Below are positions 1 through 10,890 of a DNA stretch of 64,000 nucleotides, in pieces. The DNA is from Akkermansiaceae bacterium UBA7331. GTDB taxonomy: Bacteria; Verrucomicrobiota; Verrucomicrobiia; Verrucomicrobiales; Akkermansiaceae. The stretch lies in NCBI GenBank assembly GCA_002471255.1, contig DKPP01000008.1, positions 42,324 through 106,323 on the forward strand, in the 5' to 3' direction. Under the pieces are notes generated by a model, which was not told the DNA's origin, made no database searches, and worked only from the letters and a program-made list of their open reading frames with translations. Positions within the stretch are counted from its first letter, which is position 1; every line of letters begins with the position of its first letter. The position numbers were made by a program, and so were the translations under genes.

Positions 1-372
1 CCAATCATGGGCATTTTCCACATGTTTATAGCCGAGCAATTCCAAAATATTTTTGGCTTCAGCGGCTCTGCGCCCGCTTCGGCAATATAAGACAATAGGA
101 GTATTTTTATCCGGCACTTCTGCTTCAATAAGCTTATCTATAACATTTACCGGTAAATTAATAGCTCCGGGGCGATGTTTAGCGGCATATTCCTGTTCCG
201 TTCTCACATCAATCAACACTACTCGTGATTTTTCATTGGTATCCATTGATTCTTTTTCGTTTGTTTGTTCAACTGGAGGAACTCCAAGCCATTCATATTT
301 CACATACAGAAAAAGGACAGTCAATCCCAATGTAAGTACTATATAAGGAATGATGTTTCTATTGATTTTCAT
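1..372 (-). CDS. Rhodanese-like domain protein with N-terminal membrane anchor (3' end runs off the window)
   Basis: Manual translation of the minus strand (not in ORF track): MKINRNIIPYIVLTLGLTVLFL...VLIDVRTEQEYAAKHRPGAINLP...IVLYCRSGRRA; DVR, HxPGA and CRSGxR rhodanese motifs. Confidence 0.85.
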   Translation of the reverse strand, partial: MKINRNIIPYIVLTLGLTVLFLYVKYEWLGVPPVEQTNEKESMDTNEKSRVVLIDVRTEQEYAAKHRPGAINLPVNVIDKLIEAEVPDKNTPIVLYCRSGRRAAEAKNILELLGYKHVENAHDW

Positions 373-415
373 ATTTTTATCAAAGCTTATTTAGCTACTT
401 AATCAATCCTTATTT

Positions 416-1330
416 TTAGGCTCGTGATACAGCCCATACGCGCTTCAAATAGTCTTCTCCGGTGAACTCAGGAGGCATCGGGTCACTACTCAATGATGCA
501 AAGGGCATACCCTCACGCACCATCGATTTAAACGCTCCATGAGATAATTTTTTACAATTACATGTACATAATATCCAACCTTTGGGGGCTAAACATCGAG
601 AAGCTAAAGCCACTAATTTGCCATAATCACGCTCCACACGAAAAACATTCCCTTTATCATCACGGGAGAAAGTAGGAGGATCTAAAACGATACCGTCAAA
701 TTGACGACCTTGTTTTTCAAAACGCTTTAACCAATGCAGGGTGTCACCTTTACAAAAATACTGAGTTTTAGGGTCAATACCATTCAGCTCCATATTTTCC
801 TTAGCCCAGTCCAAACAAGGCTGAGCTAAGTCTAACGTAGTGGTTTGGGCTCCGGCCAAAGCACCATAAACAGAAAATGCACCGGTATAAGCAAATGTAT
901 TGAGTAGAGTTTGCCCAGGTTTTAATAAATCACGAACTTTTTGACGATGTAAGCGCTGATCTAAAAAAATACCTTGAGAATATCCGGCATTTAAATCGAT
1001 TTTGAATTTCACTCCCTGCTCTTTTGCCTCAAACACAGAATCAATATTCGGACCTAAAATCTGCATAGGTGGGCGTTTAACATCTTGCTCCAGCGTTTTA
1101 TGAAACACAGCACATCCCATAGTCTGCCATTCTTGAAGCAAATTTTGAGGAACAGCTTCATCCATCGTCGAAACAAGGATGACATCCCCCATTTGATCTA
1201 CATAAACATTGGGATAGCCATCTCCCTCCCCATCAATCACACGGAACAAATCGGTCTGATCATCCAACCAGCTCAAACGTTTTTGGCGGGATTCGATATA
1301 GGATACGGGGACAGGCTTACTCATAAACAA
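416..1330 (-). CDS. Class I SAM-dependent rRNA methyltransferase (RlmI/RlmK-like)
   Basis: GIFLDQR, LNTFAYTGAFS SAM-binding motif, DPPTF motif. Confidence 0.85.
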   Translation of the reverse strand: MFMSKPVPVSYIESRQKRLSWLDDQTDLFRVIDGEGDGYPNVYVDQMGDVILVSTMDEAVPQNLLQEWQTMGCAVFHKTLEQDVKRPPMQILGPNIDSVFEAKEQGVKFKIDLNAGYSQGIFLDQRLHRQKVRDLLKPGQTLLNTFAYTGAFSVYGALAGAQTTTLDLAQPCLDWAKENMELNGIDPKTQYFCKGDTLHWLKRFEKQGRQFDGIVLDPPTFSRDDKGNVFRVERDYGKLVALASRCLAPKGWILCTCNCKKLSHGAFKSMVREGMPFASLSSDPMPPEFTGEDYLKRVWAVSRA

Positions 1331-1536
1331 TTCAAGGATGCCTTGACGTTAACGGCTAGATAATTGTATCTCAAGGTTTTTTATTCTATCATGCCATTTT
1401 TCTGTCATGACAAATTATGTAATATATTGTATTTAAGCATTCTTTATAACTTATTCACAAATTCGTTGAAAGATTGATTTCTTTGCAAATGTATTCATGG
1501 TAGCTTAACGACTCACTTTTTCATCATCTTTATCAC

Positions 1537-2988
1537 ATGAACATATCATCTTCAAGACGACGCTTCTTACAGCAACTTGGCTTGGCCACAGGTGCTTTAG
1601 CTACCAGCTCTATCGCCGGTGCTCAAAATGTCATCGTTCCTCCCAATTTAGGAACAGGCAAGATCATCGTTCCCGATCCAAACAAAATCGGACCTTCTAC
1701 CTCTTTCCCTGCCCGTGCCGCAGGTGCTAAATACATGGGTGGCTTCCGTGCCCCTAAACTTGACAAAGTCAAAGTGGCTTTCGTTGGTGTTGGCAAACGT
1801 GGTGTGAGCCATGTAAACCAAATGGCAGTAATCGACGGCGCTGAAATCGTAGGTATTTGTGACGTATATGACGATCTTGCCAAGAGATCTGCAGACATCG
1901 TTGAAAAGAAAACCGGCAAACGCCCTGAAACTTTCTCCGGCAGCGAAACCGCTTACATCGACATGATGAAGAAGGTTAAGCCTGACGCAGTAATCATTTG
2001 CCCAAGCTGGGAATGGCACTCCAAGATTACTTGTGACGTAATGAAGCTCGGTGCTCACGCTTTCGTTGAAGTACCAATGGCCGTTTCTATCAAAGAACTT
2101 TGGGAAATCGTTGATACCAGCGAAAAGACCCAAAAGCATTGCATGCAGATGGAAAACTGCAACTATGGTCGTGAAGAACTTCTTTACCTCAACATGGTAC
2201 GTCAAGGCGTAATCGGCGACCTCCTTCATGGTGAAGCCGCTTATATCCACGACCTTCGCAGTGAAATGGATGAAGTAGAACGTGGCACCGGTTCATGGAG
2301 AACATATCACTACTCCAAGCGCAATGGTAACGTTTACCCAACTCACGGTTTAGGCCCTGTAGCCCAATACATGAACTTGGCTCGTAAAGACGACAACTTC
2401 GGCCGCTTAGTTTCCTTCTCTAGCCCGGCTATCGGCCGTAAGCGCCACGCCCAAGCTAAGTTCCCTGCTGATCACAAGTGGAACAAGCTCGAGTTTAACT
2501 GTGGTGACATCAATAACGCTTTGATTAAAACCACCATGGGCCGCACCATCCTCGTACAGTGGGATGAAACCAGCCCTCGCCCATACTCACGTATCAACCT
2601 CATCCAAGGCACTCTTGGCACCTTAACCGGCTTCCCGACTCGTGTAGCAGGTCTTAACTTAGGTGACGGTAACTTCCACAGATGGATACAAGGTGGCGAA
2701 CTCGATGCCATTTACGATAAATACGATCACCCATTGTGGAAACGCGTTGGTGATTTAGCTACTAAGATGGGTGGTCACGGCGGTATGGACTATCTCATGC
2801 TCTTCCGCATGATCGAGTGCTTACGCAATGGCGAACCAATGGATCAAAACGTTTACGAAGGTGCCTTCTGGTGCGCAGTATCCGAATTGACCGAAAAATC
2901 CGTAGCCCAAGGCGGTATGCCGGTTGTATTCCCTGACTTCACCCGTGGAGACTGGAAGACAACAGAACCACTTGGTGTGATCCAATAA
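1537..2988 (+). CDS. Glycoside hydrolase family 109 (NAD+-dependent alpha-N-acetylgalactosaminidase, Gfo/Idh/MocA fold), Tat-exported
   Basis: Twin-arginine SRRRFL signal; GVGKRG Rossmann motif; EVP, MENCNY, YPTHGLGP and GGHGGMD motifs of GH109. Confidence 0.92.
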   Translation: MNISSSRRRFLQQLGLATGALATSSIAGAQNVIVPPNLGTGKIIVPDPNKIGPSTSFPARAAGAKYMGGFRAPKLDKVKVAFVGVGKRGVSHVNQMAVIDGAEIVGICDVYDDLAKRSADIVEKKTGKRPETFSGSETAYIDMMKKVKPDAVIICPSWEWHSKITCDVMKLGAHAFVEVPMAVSIKELWEIVDTSEKTQKHCMQMENCNYGREELLYLNMVRQGVIGDLLHGEAAYIHDLRSEMDEVERGTGSWRTYHYSKRNGNVYPTHGLGPVAQYMNLARKDDNFGRLVSFSSPAIGRKRHAQAKFPADHKWNKLEFNCGDINNALIKTTMGRTILVQWDETSPRPYSRINLIQGTLGTLTGFPTRVAGLNLGDGNFHRWIQGGELDAIYDKYDHPLWKRVGDLATKMGGHGGMDYLMLFRMIECLRNGEPMDQNVYEGAFWCAVSELTEKSVAQGGMPVVFPDFTRGDWKTTEPLGVIQ

Positions 2989-3012
2989 ATATAGATCTTT
3001 CTTATGATTTTC

Positions 3013-3047
3013 ATGCCATCCTGAACTCAGCTTCAGGATGGCATTTT
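3013..3047 (+). terminator. Intrinsic terminator after GH109 gene
   Basis: 13-bp perfect stem atgccatcctgaa/ttcaggatggcat with 6-nt loop, followed by T run. Confidence 0.75.
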
Positions 3048-3082
3048 CGTCTTATCTCAATTTACTCAATACCCCCGTCAAT

Positions 3083-4465
3083 ATGGAAGAAGCCTCATCA
3101 TCTATCTTACTCGTCCTGCAAAATATAAGCTCTTTTCTCTGGGGTTGGCCCTTGCTTATCCTCTTGTTAGGTACACATCTTTATCTCACAATTATCCTAC
3201 GATTCCCCCAAAGACATATTTTTACAGCCATTAAACTGTATTTTAACCGAGATAACGCATCCAAAGGAGACATCTCGGGCTTTAGCTCACTCATGATCGC
3301 CTTAGCCGCAAACATAGGTGCCGGCAACATCATAGGCATGGGCGTAGCTTTGGCGGCAGGCGGCCCGGGGGCTATCTTTTGGTGCTGGATCACCGGCATT
3401 CTAGGCATAGCCACCAGATACGGCGAGGGCCTACTAGCCAGCCATTATCGCATCAAAAACCCAAATGGGGAAATGAGTGGCGGCCCAATGTATTATCTAG
3501 AAATCGGTCTCAAACAAAAATGGCTTGGCATCCTCTTTGCCCTATTTACCGCCATCGCAGCTTTTGGCATCGGCAATCTTACCCAAGGCAATGCCGCCGC
3601 AGATCAGCTACGCGAAGTATTTGCCATACCAAATTGGATTACCGCCCTCGTCCTAACCGGATTAACAGCCTTAGTTATGCTAGGCGGCGTAAAAGGCATC
3701 GCCAAAATGTGCGCCTTGTTCGTCCCCATTATGGCAGCAGTCTATATCATCGGTTGCATCATCATCCTTAGCATGCAGCACCAATACGTACCTACAGCCA
3801 TCGCTTGTATTTTCAATAGCGCCTTTACATCCGAAGCTGTCGTTGGCGGTATGCTCGGCACAGCCATTCTCACAGCCCTACGTACTGGCGTATCGCGCGG
3901 ATTATTCTCAAATGAAGCAGGCATGGGATCGGCAGCTATCGCTTCTGCCGCAGCTCAGACCAAAAACCCCGTACGCCAAGCCTTAATTTCATCCAGCGGC
4001 CCTTTTTGGGATACCGTCGTCATCTGTGCGATGACAGGCATCGTGCTCACAACCAGCATCATCGCCCATCCACACATCTCCCACACTGACGGACACAAAC
4101 TCACATCATTAGCCTTCGGCACCATCCCCTATTTTGGTTCCGCCATTTTGACTATCAGCTTAGTAACATTTACGGTATCCACCATTTTAGGTTGGTCCTA
4201 TTTTGGCGAAAAATCACTTGAATATTTAGGTGGCATCAAACTCATCACCCCCTATCGCATCCTCTGGGTAATCATGGTTTTCATCGGCTGCACCTCCAAA
4301 ATCGACATCGTTTGGGCATTCGCCGACTGCGCCAACGCACTCATGGCAGCCCCCAACCTCATCGGACTCTTAGGCCTATCAGGCATCCTAATCAAGCAAA
4401 CACGCTATTACCTCTGGGAAAATCGCCTCAATGAAACCGCCGAAGAAGATAAATTACAAAAATAG
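3083..4465 (+). CDS. Sodium:alanine/glycine symporter (AGCS/AlsT family)
   Basis: GAGNI, GGPGAIFWCW, GGPMYY, RGLFSNEAGMGS, DTVVIC motifs. Start placed at ATG 3083 because the ORF-track start 3038 lies within the terminator. Confidence 0.9.
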   Translation: MEEASSSILLVLQNISSFLWGWPLLILLLGTHLYLTIILRFPQRHIFTAIKLYFNRDNASKGDISGFSSLMIALAANIGAGNIIGMGVALAAGGPGAIFWCWITGILGIATRYGEGLLASHYRIKNPNGEMSGGPMYYLEIGLKQKWLGILFALFTAIAAFGIGNLTQGNAAADQLREVFAIPNWITALVLTGLTALVMLGGVKGIAKMCALFVPIMAAVYIIGCIIILSMQHQYVPTAIACIFNSAFTSEAVVGGMLGTAILTALRTGVSRGLFSNEAGMGSAAIASAAAQTKNPVRQALISSSGPFWDTVVICAMTGIVLTTSIIAHPHISHTDGHKLTSLAFGTIPYFGSAILTISLVTFTVSTILGWSYFGEKSLEYLGGIKLITPYRILWVIMVFIGCTSKIDIVWAFADCANALMAAPNLIGLLGLSGILIKQTRYYLWENRLNETAEEDKLQK

Positions 4466-4668
4466 TCTTAATAAGTAGTCTATCTAGTCTGAAGATGACG
4501 TCACACTTTCAAACACAGTATCCTACTAAAAAAAGCATCCTTAACAATAATTAGAGATTCTCATCCATTAGAAAAATTGCCATAAATAGATGAAAAGAGG
4601 TGATTAGATATTAAGAGAGTTTAATTACCGGGGGCTTCAGCCTGCAAATTATAGGAAAGTTGTGTAAT

Positions 4669-7600
4669 TTAGTTTAGAACCTCCTCCGCAACCCTCAGGG
4701 AGTTTTGCGCATCCTCGTCCTGAAGCTTATAATCTTGCAAGCTACCGCCACTATCATCTTGCTCAGACGAGCTTATATCGTAGTAGCGATCGAAAAAGTT
4801 CACGATTTTGGACAAAACCCGAGCGCGCTTCTCCTTATGCTCGTTGGCAGGGGCAAACATATCCGTGGGCGGCAGAATATCGCTGAGCGAGCGCCCGGCA
4901 TCCTGAACGTAGCCATTGAGGAAGGACGATTTAATAAAGGCATAGGCACCCTCTTTCTTCAAATGCTCGTCTTCAATCAGCTTGTCGAGCTCTTCCTTTT
5001 TGGTTTTCTCCACGTGCGCCTGCCACACCTCATCCACATCGTCGCCGGGGTTCACCGTACGCAGGAAGGACTCAATAAGCGCTTTCTTGTTTCGCAGCTC
5101 AATACTCGAGTCAATCGCTTTGAGAATGCGCACCTCAATCTCCTTATCCACCATCAGCGTGTCTTGATACTGGCGAATCAGGTTTAGAATAAAGCTCACA
5201 TTGATTTCCTGATGCTTAATCAGCTCCATCTCAAAGACGATGTCATCATTGATGTCCTTCTTGTCGAGCTTCCTCCTCTGTATGGTCTTTTCGTAGAGGT
5301 CGATGTAGGTGCTCTGGTAGTCCTGCCAATTGCGTTCGGTCAGAATCTCGGCACCGGCAAAGGCATCGAAGGCGCTCAGAATGTTCTTCAGCTTCAAGAT
5401 GGCGCCGTAGAGGAGAATAAACTCTTTCTGCTTCTCTTCGTCGTCTATCTTCTGCCCGGGGCTAAACTGGGCAAGCAGCTGCTTCACCAAATCTTCGTAG
5501 CCGTCCACCCACTTGCCTTGCTTGTCCTCGTAACCCTTGTAGTACTCCTTAAAGGTGCGCAGCAGCACATAGCCCGCCGCATCCTTATTGCCAAACAAGG
5601 CCAGACTGGCGTTGGTGGCTTTCTCGAGCTTGCGGAAGCACACGATATTGCCGAAAGTTTTCACCGAATTGAGAATGCGGTTGGTGCGCGAATACGCCTG
5701 CAGCAACCCGTGCATACGCAGGTTCTTGTCCACCCACAGGGTGTTCAGCGTTGTGGCGTCGAAGCCTGTCAGGAACATGTTCACCACAATCAGCAGGTCC
5801 AGCTCACGGTCCTTCATCCTCAGCGACACATCCTTGTAGTAGTTCGGAAACTTATCCCCCGCGGTGCTGAAGTTCGTCTTGAACATCGCGTTGTAGTCCG
5901 TAATGGCAGACTCCAGAAAATCGCGCGAACTTTCGTCCAGCTTGCTGGTGTCAGCACCGTCTTCGTCCTCAATCACCCCGTTTTCTGTGTCCTCGTTCAC
6001 CCCGAAGCTGTAGATAAGCCCCACCTTCAGTCGTTTGTCGGCGGGCAAGTCCTGCATTTGGCTCTTAAACTCTTCGTAGTAACGCTTGGCGGCGTCAATC
6101 GAGCTGACGGCGAAAATCGAGTTGAAGCCCGCCACGCGTCTCGCCTTAAGCTTGTAGGTGGTGTTGCGCTTGGTTTTCTGGTCGAAATGCTCCAGAATGT
6201 AGCGGACGATGTTTTTGATGCGCTCGGGCGCCATCAAAGCCTTTTCGCGGTTGATGTCCTCCACGTCCTCATCCTCCATCCGTTTCGAGCCCCGCATCGT
6301 GCTCACATAATCCATCCGGAAGGGCAACACGTTTCTGTCGCTGATGGCATCGATGATGGTGTAGGTGTGCAGCTTAAGCCCGAAAGCCTGCTGGGTCGTC
6401 TTATGCTGGGTTTTGCAGCCCTTGTTGGCATTGGCGGCAAAAATAGGCGTGCCCGTGAAGCCGAACAGATAGTAGTTCTTAAAGTTCCGGGTAATCGCCG
6501 TGTGCATCTCGCCGAACTGCGAGCGGTGACACTCGTCGAAAATAATCACGAAACGTTGCCCGAAAGCCTCGTGCTTGGGGTGCTTTTTGATGAAGATGGC
6601 CAGCTTCTGAATGGTGGTCACCAGAATACGCTTCGAGGCGTCCTCGATGTTGCGCTTCAGGTGCGCCGTGTTGCTCGAGCCGTCCACCGAGCCCCGCTCG
6701 AAGCGGTCGTACTCCTTCATCGTCTGGTAGTCCAGGTCTTTGCGGTCCACCACAAAAAGCACTTTGTCCACATAGGGCAGCTTGCTTACCAGCTGGGCAC
6801 TCTTGAAACTCGTCAGGGTTTTGCCGCTGCCTGTCGTGTGCCACACATAGCCCCCGGCGTCCACACTGCCGGTGTGCTTGCCCAGGTAGCCAATCTTAAT
6901 GCGTTCCAAGATGCGCTCGGTGGCGGCTATCTGGTAGGGGCGCATCACCAGCAGCTGCTGCTCGGCGGTAAACACGCAGTACTTCGTTAAAATGTTCAGC
7001 AGACTGTGCTTCCGCAAAAAGGTCGCGGTAAAGTCCTTCAAATCGCAGATGACCTTGTTGTTGGCGTCCGCCCACCACGAGGTGAACTCGTAGCTGTGGC
7101 TGCTGCGCTTGCCCTTCTGCGCCTGCTTACCCGTCTGCTCCTTAATGTGCGACAGGCGCGTGGTGTTGCTGTAGTATTTGCTGTAGGTGCCATTGCTGAT
7201 GACAAAGATCTGCACGAACTCGAACAGACCGCATCCGCTGGCAAAGCTTTCGTGCTGGTAGCGGTTGATCTGGTTGAACGCCTCGCGCAGGTCCACCCCG
7301 CGGCGCTTCAGCTCAATGTGCACCAGGGGCAAGCCGTTCACCAGCAGGCTTACGTCGTAGCGGTTGGCTCGCAGCCCCGCCTCGGTGGCATACTGGTGGG
7401 TTACCTGCAACTTGTTGTTGTGGATGTTCTCTTTATCGATCAGGCGAATGTTTTTGGTGCTGCCGTCCTCGCGGGTCAGCAGCTGCACGTGGTCCTCCTG
7501 TATCAGGCGCGTTTTCTCCACTATGCCGGCATTCGCGTTCGCCAGCACGTTCTTGAAAAACCCCTGCCACTCCGCATCGCTGAAGCGGTAATCGTTCAGC

Positions 7601-7806
7601 GCCTCGAGTTGGGTGCGCAGGTTGGCGACGAGCTCCTGCTCGCTGGTGATGGCAACTACCTCGTATGCCTGCCGCCCCAGTTGCGCTATCAGCTCCTTCT
7701 CCAAAGCGGCTTCGCTTTGGTAGCTGTTGTCGCTGCTGGCTGAGCTTTGGTACTCTGCCACCACCGTGCTTTCTTGCGTCTCGGCTAAGAGCGTGTACGA
7801 GGTCAT
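4669..7806 (-). CDS. hsdR: Type I restriction enzyme R subunit (EcoR124-like, type IC)
   Basis: LVHIELKR nuclease motif, QINRY, Walker A HTTGSGKT, DECHRSQ DEAD-like box, FTGTP, LTGFD, QAYSRTNR; 1045 aa. Confidence 0.96.
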   Translation of the reverse strand: MTSYTLLAETQESTVVAEYQSSASSDNSYQSEAALEKELIAQLGRQAYEVVAITSEQELVANLRTQLEALNDYRFSDAEWQGFFKNVLANANAGIVEKTRLIQEDHVQLLTREDGSTKNIRLIDKENIHNNKLQVTHQYATEAGLRANRYDVSLLVNGLPLVHIELKRRGVDLREAFNQINRYQHESFASGCGLFEFVQIFVISNGTYSKYYSNTTRLSHIKEQTGKQAQKGKRSSHSYEFTSWWADANNKVICDLKDFTATFLRKHSLLNILTKYCVFTAEQQLLVMRPYQIAATERILERIKIGYLGKHTGSVDAGGYVWHTTGSGKTLTSFKSAQLVSKLPYVDKVLFVVDRKDLDYQTMKEYDRFERGSVDGSSNTAHLKRNIEDASKRILVTTIQKLAIFIKKHPKHEAFGQRFVIIFDECHRSQFGEMHTAITRNFKNYYLFGFTGTPIFAANANKGCKTQHKTTQQAFGLKLHTYTIIDAISDRNVLPFRMDYVSTMRGSKRMEDEDVEDINREKALMAPERIKNIVRYILEHFDQKTKRNTTYKLKARRVAGFNSIFAVSSIDAAKRYYEEFKSQMQDLPADKRLKVGLIYSFGVNEDTENGVIEDEDGADTSKLDESSRDFLESAITDYNAMFKTNFSTAGDKFPNYYKDVSLRMKDRELDLLIVVNMFLTGFDATTLNTLWVDKNLRMHGLLQAYSRTNRILNSVKTFGNIVCFRKLEKATNASLALFGNKDAAGYVLLRTFKEYYKGYEDKQGKWVDGYEDLVKQLLAQFSPGQKIDDEEKQKEFILLYGAILKLKNILSAFDAFAGAEILTERNWQDYQSTYIDLYEKTIQRRKLDKKDINDDIVFEMELIKHQEINVSFILNLIRQYQDTLMVDKEIEVRILKAIDSSIELRNKKALIESFLRTVNPGDDVDEVWQAHVEKTKKEELDKLIEDEHLKKEGAYAFIKSSFLNGYVQDAGRSLSDILPPTDMFAPANEHKEKRARVLSKIVNFFDRYYDISSSEQDDSGGSLQDYKLQDEDAQNSLRVAEEVLN

Positions 7807-7809
7807 AGC

Positions 7810-9009
7810 TTAGTGCTTCTTTTCTGGGAACGTGAGGAGTTTGTCCCGGTAATATTCGTATTGCTGGCGTCTTGCCGCGATCTCCGCCGGCAAACCTGTC
7901 TTGATGTCGTTGACCAGTGTATCAAATCTATCCAGTATATCAACAATACGTTGCTGTTCAGCTAAAGGGGGTATGGGGAAAGAGAACTTAATTAAGTTTT
8001 TATCACTTACACGTCGAACTTTAGTACCATTTACCACTCGTTTCTTCTGCTTGGAAAACAACTCTGTTTGAAAGAGGTATGCCACATAACGCGGATTTTG
8101 GTTATGTCTAAAAAGACACGAATCACCGCTAATACATACATCTGAATTTCCTAGCCATACAACTGCTTTACAAAGATCTTCATCGTTTTCACTTGTGGTA
8201 GCAATGACAAGATTACCATATTCTGCCTTTTTCAATTTGATTGCTAGGGACTCATCCACAAAGGAAATGGTTTCCTTAGCAGAAACGCCATACCGTGTGT
8301 AAATTTGCCCGTAATGGATACACGGAACACCACTCTCCACGAAATCTTTCTTTTGCAACCCATTCCCTCTCACAAAGCTTCCAATCTCCCCGAGGGTTTT
8401 CCACTCGACATCCTTGCCTTCGAAGCTCAATAAGGTATCGCGGTAATGCTCGTATTGTGCCTTGCGCGCTTCCAGTTCCGCTTCCAGTTCCGCTTCCAGT
8501 TCCGTGAAGGTATCCAGAATTCTCACGATTTCCTCCTGCACCTCAAGCGGAGGTACGGGGATTTTGATTTTTTTGAAATTATCATTATACAATCGTCTAA
8601 TTGTACCACCCTCTGTAACCCATTCAATAATTTCGTAAATATGTAATAAATATTTATTGTATACTATGCTTTCGTCATTCTTAAGCCAGATAATATTGGA
8701 ATCCTGAAAATAGGCAGGTTGTCCGTCATATACAACAGTTCTACCAATAGTACCTGATGCTGATATCAAAATTTCACCAATGTTAGGGAAAGAATATAAG
8801 TTTTTGTACTTATCATATAACTCTTGGCTAATATAAGAATCTGCATTTTTACCAAAGGTTCCTATCTTATAGAAAGGGATGCCGGAGGTATTTGATGTTT
8901 CTTTTTTAAGAACTCGTTTGCACATGCAAACTTTACCAATCTCCCCTAGAGTCTTCCACTCGACCCCGTTGGGGCAGAGCTGAGCGATGAGCTCGTCGAT
9001 ACGGCTCAT
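7810..9009 (-). CDS. hsdS: Type I R-M specificity subunit
   Basis: Two TRDs each starting [10 protein letters not shown]; [10 protein letters not shown] and [10 protein letters not shown] conserved helices; central ELEA x3 spacer; [13 protein letters not shown]-terminus. Confidence 0.95.
   Translation of the reverse strand: MSRIDELIAQLCPNGVEWKTLGEIGKVCMCKRVLKKETSNTSGIPFYKIGTFGKNADSYISQELYDKYKNLYSFPNIGEILISASGTIGRTVVYDGQPAYFQDSNIIWLKNDESIVYNKYLLHIYEIIEWVTEGGTIRRLYNDNFKKIKIPVPPLEVQEEIVRILDTFTELEAELEAELEARKAQYEHYRDTLLSFEGKDVEWKTLGEIGSFVRGNGLQKKDFVESGVPCIHYGQIYTRYGVSAKETISFVDESLAIKLKKAEYGNLVIATTSENDEDLCKAVVWLGNSDVCISGDSCLFRHNQNPRYVAYLFQTELFSKQKKRVVNGTKVRRVSDKNLIKFSFPIPPLAEQQRIVDILDRFDTLVNDIKTGLPAEIAARRQQYEYYRDKLLTFPEKKH
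8467..8504. repeat. 12-bp tandem repeat (cgcttccagttc x3) in the hsdS inter-TRD spacer
   Basis: Three exact units at 8467-8478, 8479-8490 and 8491-8502 (+2 nt); encodes (ELEA)3. Confidence 0.95.
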
Positions 9010-10565
9010 GAGTTCCCCCCTTCCAAATCCGCCACAATGGCGTCGATGGCAAGGCGCAGCACCTGCTGGCGTTGGACGATTTGGGCGATTCTGGCGTTGA
9101 GTTCGGAGATGTCGACCACTTCGCGGGTGTCCTCTTTCTCGACGTAAGAGCTAACGGAAAGACCGTAGCCTTCCTCAGCCACCTGAGTGTTGCTGACGCA
9201 TTTGCAGAAGTGCTCCACATCCTTACGGGCAGCCAGAGCATCGAGAATCTTGTTACGATGGGTGGCATCGAGCCTGTTTTTGTTGCCCGTGCGCACGAAC
9301 TCGGCAGAGGCATCGATAAAGACGACGCTGTTATCTGCCTTGCTCTTCTTGAGCACGATGATGCAGGTGGCGATTGTGGTACCGAAAAAGAGGTCCGGCG
9401 GCAGCTGAATGACGGCATCCACATAGTTGTTGTCGACGAGGTACTGGCGAATCTGCTTTTCGGCGCCGCCGCGATAGAGCACACCGGGGAACTCGACGAT
9501 GGCGGCGGTACCCTCGGCGGAAAGCCAATGAAGCATGTGCATGGTGAAGGCGAGGTCTGCCTTGGATTTAGGGGCAAGCACGCCAGCGGGGGCAAAGCGG
9601 GGATCGTTGATGAGGGTGGGGTTGTCGCTGCCCTCCCACTTGATGGAGTAAGGCGGGTTGGAGACGATGGCGTCGAAGGGTTCGTCGTCCCAATGCTTGG
9701 GCTCCAAAAGGGTGTCGCCTAGGGCAATATCGAACTTTTCGTAGTTGATATTGTGTAGGAACATGTTGATGCGGCAGAGGTTGAAGGTGGTGATGTTGAT
9801 CTCTTGCCCGTAGAAGCCTTGGCGCACCTTATCCTGCCCGAGAACCTTGGCGAACTGCAGCAACAGCGAGCCGGAACCGCAAGCGGGGTCGTACACTTTG
9901 TTGACCTGGGTTCTGCCTTGGGTGGCGATGCGTGCGAGCAGTTCCGACACCTCTTGCGGGGTGAAGAACTCGCCGCCGGATTTGCCAGCTGAGCCCGCGT
10001 ACATGCTCATCAGAAACTCGTAGGCGTCGCCAAAGGCGTCGATGCTGTTGTCGGTGAACTCGCCGAGTTGCAAGTCGCCGATGCTATCGAGAATTTTGAC
10101 GAGTTTTTTGTTACGTTGGTCGACGCTGTTGCCAAGCTTGTTGTTGTTGACGTCGAGGTCGTCGAAGAGGCCCTTGAGGTCGTTCTCGCTATGGGCGCCC
10201 TTGGCAGAGCCTTCGATGTTCTTGAACACCTCGCTGAGCGACTCGTTGAGGTTGGGGTTGGCGGCGGCACCGGCACGCACATTGCAGAACAATTCGCTGG
10301 GCTTGATGAAAAAGCCTTTGTCGATAATCAGTGCGTCGCGCCCGCGCAGGGCAATTTCGTCGTCGAGCTGGGCATAGCTGAAGTGAGGGTTCACTTCGCG
10401 TTGCTTTTCGTTGATGTAGCTCTCGAGATTCTCGGAAATGAAGCGGTAGAACAACATCCCCAAAACATAGGATTTGAAGTCCCAACCATCCACACTACCT
10501 CTCAAGTCATTGGCCATCTGCCAAATACTGCGGTGTAACTCTGCTCGTTCCTGTTCACTAATCAT
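9006..10565 (-). CDS. hsdM: Type I R-M m6A methyltransferase subunit M
   Basis: [17 protein letters not shown] (motif I), NPPY (motif IV); 4-bp overlap with hsdS. Confidence 0.96.
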   Translation of the reverse strand: MISEQERAELHRSIWQMANDLRGSVDGWDFKSYVLGMLFYRFISENLESYINEKQREVNPHFSYAQLDDEIALRGRDALIIDKGFFIKPSELFCNVRAGAAANPNLNESLSEVFKNIEGSAKGAHSENDLKGLFDDLDVNNNKLGNSVDQRNKKLVKILDSIGDLQLGEFTDNSIDAFGDAYEFLMSMYAGSAGKSGGEFFTPQEVSELLARIATQGRTQVNKVYDPACGSGSLLLQFAKVLGQDKVRQGFYGQEINITTFNLCRINMFLHNINYEKFDIALGDTLLEPKHWDDEPFDAIVSNPPYSIKWEGSDNPTLINDPRFAPAGVLAPKSKADLAFTMHMLHWLSAEGTAAIVEFPGVLYRGGAEKQIRQYLVDNNYVDAVIQLPPDLFFGTTIATCIIVLKKSKADNSVVFIDASAEFVRTGNKNRLDATHRNKILDALAARKDVEHFCKCVSNTQVAEEGYGLSVSSYVEKEDTREVVDISELNARIAQIVQRQQVLRLAIDAIVADLEGGNS

Positions 10566-10822
10566 AGACGTTTATCCTTATAACATACAAAACACCACTC
10601 TACCCGAAAAAAAACAAAAATTTATTTTTTGATGCAATACTGGAGCTGAGTTGAATCTGTCAGTCTTGTAAATTTCGCAACATAAAATAGATTTACCGTG
10701 GTTTTGTGGATAAATAGGCAATATTAAAATAACCTGCATTATGGCTCCAAATATATGTAGAAAGGTGATATTGGTCATGAAAATAGTCAACTAAGGTAAG
10801 GAATATAACCTATAATGGCTTC

Positions 10823-10851
10823 TTGACCCGTAGAATCGTTTGGCTTAGAGT
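10823..10851 (+). promoter_or_regulatory. Putative sigma70 promoter for the COG2958/HrgA-like gene
   Basis: TTGACC-N17-TAGAGT, about 40 nt upstream of ATG 10891. Confidence 0.45.
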
Positions 10852-10890
10852 AATTCAGTTACGTAACACACTCAGCCTCCCATCCGAACT

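Noticed and set aside
53-346. 97-aa plus-strand ORF
   Set aside because: Antisense to the rhodanese gene on the minus strand.
4466-4668. att-site duplication of the tRNA-Arg 3' end at the left island border
   Set aside because: No copy of tggcgtccccgacggg is visible.
5212-7743. Long antisense ORFs (592 aa and 245 aa) opposite hsdR, and similar ones opposite hsdM
   Set aside because: Shadow ORFs expected from GC-rich codon usage on the coding strand; no recognisable motifs.
10578-10790. 70-aa ORF upstream of hsdM as a controller protein
   Set aside because: No HTH pattern, TTG start, lies in an AT-rich divergent promoter region.
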